Of a stretch of 64,000 bases of DNA, positions 34,801-44,400 are shown piece by piece. Source of the stretch: Schmidtea polychroa (Eukaryota); the NCBI GenBank assembly GCA_044892525.1, contig CM097887.1, positions 70,742,001 through 70,806,000 of the forward strand. Direction: 5' to 3'. Each line of letters opens with the position of its first letter. Positions within the stretch are counted from its first letter, which is position 1. Made by a program: the position numbers and the translations under genes. The notes beneath the pieces were generated by a model that saw nothing but the letters and a program-made list of their open reading frames with translations, was not told where the DNA came from and searched no databases.

Positions 34801-36893
34801 CCCCATGGGAAAGAGTGTGGAATGCAGAAAGTAAGGAATGGGAAATCCGGAAAGGAACCTTCGTGGAAACAGACATTGGTGAGACAGAAAGTGAATCGGA
34901 GGAAGAAGAAGAGGAACCTCCAAAATATGAAGAGGAAGCAAGGGAACAGACATCAGATGACGAAGGCGAGACGGATGTCACATCAGAAAGCGAAAATGAA
35001 GCGAGACATATTCATGCAATGAGGAAAAAGGAACGTGAATATGCTGATATGGACGGCGAGGAAGCGACGGAAGCAAGAGAACGAGAAGAGAAAGAAAGAT
35101 ATAAACAATTAGGCGATATCTTAGCAATGGGAGCGAAAAATCAAAAACGCCAAGTAGTAGCGTTGGCTAACATCATCTTAAAGACATCAGAGAATATCCA
35201 CAATCTGAGAGGAATGGCAAAGGCAATAGAGGAATACCGGCAATATAATGAATGGTATCCAGAACAGCTAGAACAAATTATTCGAAAATGGAGAAATCAG
35301 GAATGGGCACAAGACACCCAGGAGAGGTATCACATCCGAATCAAGTATCCGGACAAGAGCATCGAGGAACTAGAGGTGCATCCAACAACAAAAATTAGAG
35401 AATTAAAAAAGAAATTAGCATATGAAACTCCATTCCATCTGCAACTGTTCGGAAAATCACTAGACGATAATGCAGACGTCGGGATAACACCCATGAGATT
35501 GGAAGAGACAAATGTATTAACAATGGCAGAAACGTTGGGAAAACCGTTAAAAAGGAAAAGTAAAATTATTAAACCAACAAAAGGCAGTTTGAGTACTCCA
35601 AGTCCGAACAAAGCACCAAGTAAATCTAATGAAACTGAAGAAGTTGAAGAGATAATCCTGGAAGATAGTGACGATGAACCAGGAGAAAGATCACCGCTAT
35701 TAGTGAGATGGCCGACAGGAGCCGAAATGTGGACTAATAACCAGCCATCAACGAGTTATCAACAACCAACGAAACTGAACATCAAAGAAATCATCGACAA
35801 TACTACGGAAACCGAAACGGATGAACAATTCCAGAAGCAAAGAGAACCAACGAAAGTAACACCAGAAAGTCAAACCGACAAAATAATAGACGAATGGAAT
35901 GAGTGGCTAAGAAATAACGATAGCTCATTACCCAGAACGGATAACGAAAGAAATCCGAATTACGAAAATACCAGAGAAGCCGGAACGATGATGGAAAAAC
36001 GGGCAAAAGGAAGACCCAAGAAACAAGGAGAAAAGTCTGAGTTCAAAACCAAAGAACAATTAAAGCAAGAACAAGGGCAAGTTCGATTAGAAAAATTGGA
36101 TAAAATAGTATGGGATCTAAAGGAAGCCCAACCAACGATCGAAAGAGGAGAAAAATGGATACGAGAATTGTTAAAAGATATGTTAATAATAACAAACCCA
36201 CAACTTAGACGTTTGTGGCAACGGAAAGTAGCCAGTACGGAAGCTAGACAATTATGGCACACCATTTCGGGGATAATCCCAAAGTTAATCAAAGAGAAAA
36301 CGAAAACCACCAAAACGGATTGGGACGAAACAAAGAAAGTGATTGAGCAGCTCACGACAAATGCAAACGATGACGAACATCACCTAGTGGTAATCACGTA
36401 TTTGATGTATAATTTGATGGGACTAGCTGCGAGGAAAATACCAAATAAACAATTTGCAAATCATGTGGAAATGACCGTTTCAATCATAGAGAATACTATT
36501 GAACCACATATTATTCGTGCCGGAGGATGGAAAAGACTGATACAAGCGCCACGGAAAAATGAGCAAGAAAGGTCGATGCAAGTTAGATTGAAAAAACTGT
36601 TAAATGAACTAGAATGGGAACTACCGATGAAAGATCCCGCAAGCAGAAAAGCATCAATAAATTCGTTAATGATGACTATGATGATATGGATGTTGTGCAC
36701 AAGTGGAGCAACGGGTTTCACCATCTACGATTGTGATAACATGATAATGAGAGATAAATACTCATTGAGAGACATAGAAGAATGCAGACAAGCCTCACCC
36801 AACAAATTGGACATCGTGAGAACAAAAGTTACTTACCATGTATATCAAGAATCAGATTTCATCAGAACGCAAGCAAGGGAATGCGTAGTATAA
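31866..36893 (+). CDS. gag: Polyprotein part 1: Gag with 3 CCHC knuckles, ubiquitin-like domains, Bcl-2-like domain, signal peptide and start of the glycoprotein
   Basis: Retrotransposon Gag pattern (RKQRANESITLYASELRRLA...YFIEGL) and knuckles CRTCGKPGHWDRDC, CNRCGRRGHTENVC, CFNCGQPGHISRDC. It ends at a TAA (36891-36893) that is in frame with the next ORF. Confidence 0.93.
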   Translation: MTNVVKTDEYKEKFRGEPFNGNANKLATFITNFEVYITVCGWTPEAISKRMPLFLCDSALEVYLEAKERDTKLEKWEDIKTFLKKTFGASKPINQALGELANRKQRANESITLYASELRRLAKKAMNGKLPEENLIGYFIEGLRREEVRASVGCQMCKTLEEAIDWATRCELHLPAQMNIMQEEGRIATAIAKADNGDNNNQEPKMNQFIPGAHQIFKPPQGRSNGNNGNRNNPNNENNFNNRRNMNDNKQCRTCGKPGHWDRDCYRNSNCNRCGRRGHTENVCQLRGCFNCGQPGHISRDCRERGQQQRPPQRNNNCIANPQRQSNPNEGKQMNVMQEISQMKQMMQQMMRPRQESAPQQTQNIRMMRSTENLNNYEVHQHVQEWQRLQAEEERIKQERNQQRQEQPLRINMMKLVKDMKSQYCYNYGKSPRVVPTTEPEKVKEITTEMETENSTTILKGNQRIQKIFWKKIKDKIEKEHNKAKTETEDENNKSKEQTSQLNHQMLQESESEETTIFERKKLKRVPRMRNLQINMMKRTKDVASSDEEEDYVSSLGGEILQPNEISEPPKGEIKEEESGNEITSESENEDIEIKLRKAREEAIKQVAEILPVVVRNQEFIDVIPFRRFVQKVMKLERNEKDLIPNEEKSIIKNYMEKMKQADTTRYVIKIGTSRGLERMWIKNTVTDELFDWIREHLGSSRKKEYLYQYQGEQIKPDMHLVDALIWPGETQILKLHKEKQPANLYDWAKDAKAEYDFNIKLKLEQIKQCTLRRNLDKLIKQIQEQVEDNWDLLITRRAPAMYELMSRLRDTEMLRMSDWRTINLIHKYGRLKETQPQRLEITIWLPNEEKRRIKMSNQSTVDDLVSKINQEITEKVRSESSDGMVDDVVMMYDKIILRAEDDTSLSEMGMWDNHQIIRIVPMDEFRTRDVTYQKEIRDRMKTLYQKSTEIIKIHQQWLKEKELQGKITKLSTRSCRRTPWERVWNAESKEWEIRKGTFVETDIGETESESEEEEEEPPKYEEEAREQTSDDEGETDVTSESENEARHIHAMRKKEREYADMDGEEATEAREREEKERYKQLGDILAMGAKNQKRQVVALANIILKTSENIHNLRGMAKAIEEYRQYNEWYPEQLEQIIRKWRNQEWAQDTQERYHIRIKYPDKSIEELEVHPTTKIRELKKKLAYETPFHLQLFGKSLDDNADVGITPMRLEETNVLTMAETLGKPLKRKSKIIKPTKGSLSTPSPNKAPSKSNETEEVEEIILEDSDDEPGERSPLLVRWPTGAEMWTNNQPSTSYQQPTKLNIKEIIDNTTETETDEQFQKQREPTKVTPESQTDKIIDEWNEWLRNNDSSLPRTDNERNPNYENTREAGTMMEKRAKGRPKKQGEKSEFKTKEQLKQEQGQVRLEKLDKIVWDLKEAQPTIERGEKWIRELLKDMLIITNPQLRRLWQRKVASTEARQLWHTISGIIPKLIKEKTKTTKTDWDETKKVIEQLTTNANDDEHHLVVITYLMYNLMGLAARKIPNKQFANHVEMTVSIIENTIEPHIIRAGGWKRLIQAPRKNEQERSMQVRLKKLLNELEWELPMKDPASRKASINSLMMTMMIWMLCTSGATGFTIYDCDNMIMRDKYSLRDIEECRQASPNKLDIVRTKVTYHVYQESDFIRTQARECVV

Positions 36894-38475
36894 AAAAAGG
36901 TACTCGCATATTACTGTGGACAATATTCGTATTCGACTCTTATACTACCCGGTCTGGATAAAGAAATCGTATCAATACAACGAGAGGATTGTAAAGAGCT
37001 ATTTAGAACCGGAGCGCTAAAAATGCATAACGGAGTGACAATTCACGGACAAACTGGAATGATTAAAACCGAAAGTGTTTACGTATCCGGAAAAGTAAAA
37101 TCATCAGATGGGTCATGTAACGGGGGGACGTATACGATCCGAGGCGAGGTAATATCGGGAGTTGTAGTGATCGAGTCTTACACGGTCGAATTAAAAGAAT
37201 ACGAAGCGCAATTTGACGCAAATAATTACCAAATGAAGACCAACCCAGCGTGTAAAGCTACAGAAAACGTATGCAGGACAGGAGTATCAACTATAATCTA
37301 TGAAGCTAATACCCAAAAATGCCGACTCCAACTGTTAAAAAGTGCTTTGTTCAATGAAGTAAAAGGAGAAATATATGAGAACGAGAACGACGAGGATGGA
37401 AACGACAGAGTGAGAATGCGAAATGGAAAACCAATGCCACCATCTCCCAGAGAAAAGAGACTTTCAACGCAGAAGACACCAACAGCATTAATCACAGACG
37501 ATCCAGATCTAGGTATGAGATTTATCAAAGAGAAAGAAACCACCAAATGTGACAGTATAGTATATAAAACCAATTACGCAGGTATCTACATGTCGAGACA
37601 AATAATCGATAGAGCAGTGGGAAAGATAGCAACGGAGGACGTAAAACTATACTTATATGCAAATAATAAAATGGATTTTCTATTTCATCGTGGACAAACG
37701 ACCTTGCAAAAAGTATATTACGATCTGATACAAAACGATTGTTCATTGAATAAAGAAATATTGAAAACAAAGCTAGCTATTGCGATAACGCACCCCGATA
37801 ACACGATGCCATCACTCCCATTACCAGATGGACACTTTGGTAGAATGGTAGGAGAAGTGATGTACACATACCAGTGTACCAAGACGTATGCACGAATGCC
37901 AGAAAAATCCATACTACCCGAAAAGAGATGTGCAAATGAATTAGAAATTCGTTATAAAGGACAAAATCGATTCGTCCAACCAGTCACTAGAATTATGAAT
38001 CCAGTGGGTTTCTACCCAAATCTCTTTAACTGTTCTAATGCATACGGACCTTTGTATGAAAGACCCGATGGGAAATGGATGATGTTACCGGGAAAAACCA
38101 TATCCGAGGAACCCAAGAAATTTGGATTAATAGAACTCGCCACAGAGCTGGATTTCAAACCTATAGACGTGTCAAACGGTGGTATGTATTCCCCAGAAGA
38201 TCTAGAAACAGCACGACTTAACGTACTCTTCCCAGCCAGACGAGAATCCATTTTGTCTAATATGGTCACAATAACTGGGGGCACAAACTATCAATCAGGC
38301 CCGAATTACGAGCTGCTATTATCGCCAGACCATTTTCAACAAGCTACGTCAAACATGATGAAAGCAATGTGGGGAAGATTCTTAGTTTTTGGACAAATGA
38401 TGGCCGGGATATTAGGGATCATACTCATAATTCAGATAGTCAGAGTAATACTAACACAAATGTTAGCTTGTTTCG
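36717..38475 (+). other. Chuvirus-like viral envelope glycoprotein domain (ectodomain plus TM), spanning the in-frame TAA
   Basis: FTIYDC after a hydrophobic segment, then ECVV..YYCG..SYS, DGSCNGGTY, CDSIVYKTN, KLYLYANNKMDFL, GEVMYTYQC, CANELEIRY...FVQPVTRI, GGMYSPEDL...LFP and WGRFLVFG followed by a TM helix. This is the Cys and motif order recalled for Chuviridae glycoproteins. Confidence 0.8.
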
Positions 38476-41400
38476 ATATATACAAGCGGGAAAAGAAAGT
38501 TAATTGGAAAATGATAGTAGGTTTCTTACCATTTTTAGCTAAGACCATGGTATTACATGGCCACTCAAAAGACATCCATCGGATAAAGCGATTGATAAAA
38601 ATATTAACAAAGATTAAAGGAACCGACGAAGAAGTAGGCAGACGATTCCGGAAAGTAATGTACGATGAAGCAACAAGACGACAATTGAAAAAGAATAAGC
38701 CAAAATTCTTGGACCGATTTAGAAGCCAATCATCTAACAGCGATAGTGACGACGATGATAACGGGAACGATAAATGTCTTTATCCAAACAGAAACCCAAA
38801 CGAAAAACCAATGGAAACGGCACCATATTGGGAAAAGGAAAAGACAAACACCTGGATCGCCAATGGAAGCTATATACCACCGGATATCGTGGGACCACAA
38901 ACAGCTTTGACCATGACACAAAATATGTATCCGCAATTACCGAGTCAACCCGGTATGCATTATATGCCAACACGACGTACCAAAAGTGTAGATCAAGCAG
39001 ATGACGTAAGAACAATAGCAGCGATGAGTTTACCTGGAGGTCCAGCAGTGACAGTCATGATCCAAATCAATGGTCAAGAAACCAATGCTATGATAGACAC
39101 AGGAGCTAATGTATCAGCGATAGCGATTAATCAAATTCCCAGTAAACACTGGAAAGATATCGAATCAACAACAATTCACATCATAGCATGTAGTAAAGAA
39201 ACAGTGGACGTGGTCGGAAGATGGTGGACTACATTGAGATACCAGGACAACGAAATTGAAACGTATTTGGCAGTAATACCAAAACTTAGCGTACCATGCA
39301 TAATCGGAACGGATTTGATGCCAGAATTGTTAAAAGAAGTCGTAATTGACTTAACAACCATGTGTTTAAAAGACAAAACCGGTAGAATATGCAAAATGAA
39401 TGCAGTCATCAGATGTCCAGAAAAAATAATAGTACCAGCAAAATCGCAGATGATTTGTCAGATAAAAGTGGATACGGGTATGGAAGGAGAAGTTATCTTT
39501 GAACCAAGCAAGTCATTCGAAAAGCGACGAGAATTACCACTCGCAAGAGAAATAATCACAATAAACCAAGAAGGAGTGATACCGCTCAACATCACGAATT
39601 TCGAAGAGGAAGACAAAATCATTTATGAGAACGAAAAATTGGGAAGATTGACCCCAATGATGGACATAGAATTACCGAAAGTGACCAACGAGATGATCAA
39701 AGATGATGAATTATGGACAATAGATAGTATGTTGTTGACGAATGATGAAAAGAAAAAATTACACCGATTGTTGGTAGAATATAAAGATATATTCGCCATC
39801 TCAGACTTAGACTTGGGTACATGCGATGTTACCCTACATGCAATACCCCTCATAGATGAAACTCCAATTGCATTAAGACCATACAAGCTAGCAGAAATGC
39901 AAAAAGAAATAGCCGAAGCAGAAGTACAAAAGATGCTAGACGCAAAAGTAATCGAACCAAGTTGCTCACCCTGGCAATTCCCAGTGGTCATGGTAAAAAA
40001 GAAAGATGGCACCCAACGATTCTGTATCGATTATCGGAAGTTAAACGCAGTGACCAAGAGAGATACCTATCCATTGCCGGACATCAATGAGATGTTATTG
40101 ATGTTGCAAGGGGCAGCATATTTTACTTCTCTAGATCTAAAAAGTGGATACTGGCAGGTTAAAGTCAAAGATGAGGACAAAGAGAAAACAGCTTTCACGT
40201 TGGGACGAGATCTATATCAATTCAGGAAAATGCCATTTGGACTGACTAACGCACCAGCATCATTTCAACGGTGTATGAACTTTGTCACCCATGGAATCAA
40301 ACAATGTATGGTATATATTGATGATTTACTAATCTATTCAGCGACATTTGAACAACATCTGGAAGATATCCGAAACGTATTTATTAGATTAAGACAGTGG
40401 AAACTCAAACTCAAACCATCAAAATGCGATTGGGCAAAGGAAAAAGTCACGTTTTTAGGACACATAGTGTCAGCTAAAGGAAAGGAGCCAGATCCAAGAA
40501 ACATTGAGAAAATAAAAACATGTCCAGCACCGAAAACTGTCACCCAAGTTCAGGAATTTCTAGGATTATGCGGATACTATCGCAAATTTATCAAAAATTA
40601 TGCAGGAATTGCAAAACCAATCCAGGAACTAGTAAAGAAGGACATTTCGTTCTTATGGGGGAAGGAACAACAAGAGGCGTTTGAAACGCTGAGAGACAAA
40701 CTAATCGAAGCACCTATCCTCGTACACCCAGATTTTAAGAAGCCATTTCTATTGGCAACGGATGCAAGCGGGTACGCGGCAGGCGCGATTCTGGGACAAT
40801 TGGACGATGAGGGAAAAGAGAGAGTAATCGGGTATTACAGTCGAACATTCAAAAAGCACGAAAAGAACTATTCGGTAACAGAACGAGAAGCATTGGCTAT
40901 AATACAAGCTATCAAACACTTCCGATATTTACTATGGGGACATGAGATATGCATAACCACAGACCATCAACCATTAGTGTGGTTAGGGCAACATAAAGAA
41001 GCGTCCAGTAGACTGATGAGATGGGCCATGCAATTGCAAGAATACTCCCCATTTATAAAATTTAAAGCGGGAAGAGCAAATGCCAACGCCGATTGTATGT
41101 CAAGATTTATTTTCCCAGATTTGGTGGATTCAGAAATGCAACGCATATGCTTAATAGTAGCGGAAGATTTGGATTTCTGTCAATTGCGAAAGGACCAACA
41201 AGAGGACGCGGAATTAAAACAAATTATCGATTATATAAAAACCGGACAGACAGATGTATATGCGAAAGACCAAAAATTAAAAGAACATATGGATAAACAC
41301 CGACACCGATATATTATAGAGAAAGATTGGTTGCTGATAATGGATGGGGAAAAACGATTAATGTGTATACCGGAAAACCGACGAAAAGAGTTACTAACGC

Positions 41401-44400
41401 AATATCACGATGGGAGATTGGGAGGACATATGTCATCGAAAAAGACGTTAGCAAGAATGAAACAGAAATATTTTTGGCCTACGTTAACGGAAGATGTAAC
41501 CGAATGGGTAAAAAATTGTCTAACTTGTGCAACCAGGAAGAATACGGGATCGAAATGGAAAGCACCTTTAACGCCAATGCCAGTACCAATAGAACCAATG
41601 ACAATGATATCCATGGACGTAGTTGGTCCACTACCAGAGTCAGATAAAGGAAACGTTTACATTCTAGTGATCACAGACTTTCTTACGAAATTCCCAGAAG
41701 CATTCGCGATGCCAGACCAAAAAGCTAAAACAATCGCAAAAATTTTGGTAGAAGAGATATGTTGCCGATATGGAACACCAAAACAAATCTTAACCGATCA
41801 GGGAACAAATTTTATGAGTGAGATAATGAGCGAAGTAACAAATTACTTCAAAATAGCAAAACTAAGAACATCTCCATACCACCCTCAAACCAATGGGATG
41901 ACGGAAAGATTTAATGGAACACTTATACAAATGTTATCAAACTACGTTGACCGTCACCAACGAGATTGGGACGAATATATAAACCTATGTCTTATGGCGT
42001 ACAGAATGTCGATTCACGCATCAACGAAAATGAGCCCATTCAAATTAATGTACGGAAGAGAATGTAATATGCCAATGGACCTGGAATACCAACCACCGAT
42101 ATCGCAGTATATGGAGATCGATGATTATGTTACGAAATTCAAGGAAAGAATGCAAGAAATTTGGGAAACTGCGGGATTAAATATCAAGTTCTACCAGGAA
42201 AGTTATAAAGATTTACACGATCGAAAGAAAAACGTGAAGCAACATACGTTCCAAACAGGTGATTGGGTAATGATAGAAACCCCGGAATTAATTCCAGGAA
42301 CCACAAAAAAGTTACAACGCAACGGAAAAGGACCATATGAGATCTTATTCGTAGGCGAAACTAATGTAAGAGTGAAATTGGTAAATAACCCCTTTACCAG
42401 ACCAATATACGTAAACGTGGCACGATGCAAATCAATTCCAAAAACAGCCACTAGTCAACCAGAAGGCCGTACATTAACCACACGTTCGCAAACCTACCGA
42501 ATGAACATGATGCAACAACTCGCAGAACCGATCACTGGACGATTAGGTATCCAACCATCAGAAGCGGAAAAGATTGTAAAGGAGGTAAAAATTAAAATAC
42601 CTGGATGGGCAAAAGATCGATTAGATTTCGAAATATTAGGAGGATTATTGACGATGATCGAGAACTATGCAAATAGAGAAAGGACACACCCATTATTGCG
42701 AGTAGTCAAAAGCCAATGGCCAATATTATTTACAATAACAGATCATTACGGAGACACACCATTACACAAACTCATGAAAGTAGGTAACAACGAGCAAATA
42801 CTAGAAACAATAGAAGCATTTCACGACTGCAAGCGATCAACAGAACAAACAAACAACCAAGGTTACACCCCATTAATGATAGCCGCAAACAGAGGCAAAA
42901 CAAAAGACATTATAACCGCATTACTCGATACCGGATCGAAAATAACTACACAAGACCACGAGCGGAAAAACGCTCTACATCATGCTATCAGAGGGAGAAG
43001 TACCGAGGCGTTCACGTCATTGATGGAACTACTATCATATGAGGACAATCGGGAAGTCGGAAACATGTATGATGGATTGCTAACAGCGATCAAAGAAAAA
43101 CTGACGACAATTACCGGAATATTAATTACATGGAGAAATCCAATTCGAAACGATTATATGATCAACGTAAACGAAGCGTTCACGAGAGGAGAGAACACGC
43201 TGATGAGAGAAGCTATGAAAGGACATCAGTTATTCGAAATCCCGAATCAATTACTAGAACGAGGGATAAAATTCACAAATCATAAAGACGAACAGTTAGC
43301 AAAAAAGCGAATCGACACATTCGAAAAATCCCTATTCCAATTTACTAACCAAGTACGAAATAAATATTGGGAAACGGTAAGTGTGTTATATATGATGGAC
43401 ACAATGAATAACATCCGCGAGAATTACCTGGATATTATCCAAATACTTACAGCAGAGGAACGAATCAATAATCCAAACGGAAAGAAAATGAAAATAAAGT
43501 ATGAGAAATCCAGGGAATCAAAGTCAACAACGAACCAAACGGTCACAAACAACGTCATCGAAACCAAATCAATGAGTATAGATCAAGAGGCAATAATACG
43601 CAAAGCAAAAGAAGTGTTCTTTGAGGAAATGCTAGAGCTGCCAGACGAAATAATATTGTCCAAAATAATAAAAGCCGTACACACATACGCAAGAGATCAA
43701 ACCACGGATTTAGATATCGGGAAAATCAAAACCTTCTTGCCTCGAGCATTTACGATGGTAACGAAGGATTCCAGAACACCCCTACAACAAGCAATACTAG
43801 CGGCGAAAGAAAATAGAGCAATAACGATCGTGAGAATCCTTGGAGAGATGGGCGAGGAAACCAACACGAAAAATGAACAAGGTGAAACCGCCATGATGTA
43901 TGCAGCTATAACGAAAATACACCCAAAAACACTCCACATCCTACATCAATCAGGATCGAAACTAGACGAAAAGTCCAATGAAGGAAATTCCACCTTGGAC
44001 TGGGCAACCATACAGCCAAACTTAGAAATGATCAGATTTATTTGCAAAAATGCGACAAAAGAAGAAGTTGAAAATATGTGCAAAAACACATCTCAGTTTC
44101 AATGGAATACGGTACGGAAAAATCTAGAAGCAATGAAATTATTATTAACCTGGAGAGTACCACAAAATAATAAATATGCGATAAATGTAAACGAATTCTA
44201 CGAAAACGGAGAAAATGCGATGGTAAAGAATACCCTAACTAAGGGGGGGACGCCTAAAATAATTTTAATAGTATTAAATAGAGAAGACCTAAAATTCACG
44301 CAAAATCAGAACGAGCAACAACGAATTGGGAAACATCGTCGTATGCAATTGAGAGAGTTAGTTAAAGAATGGAATAGAAAGAGACATGCTGCAACGGGTA

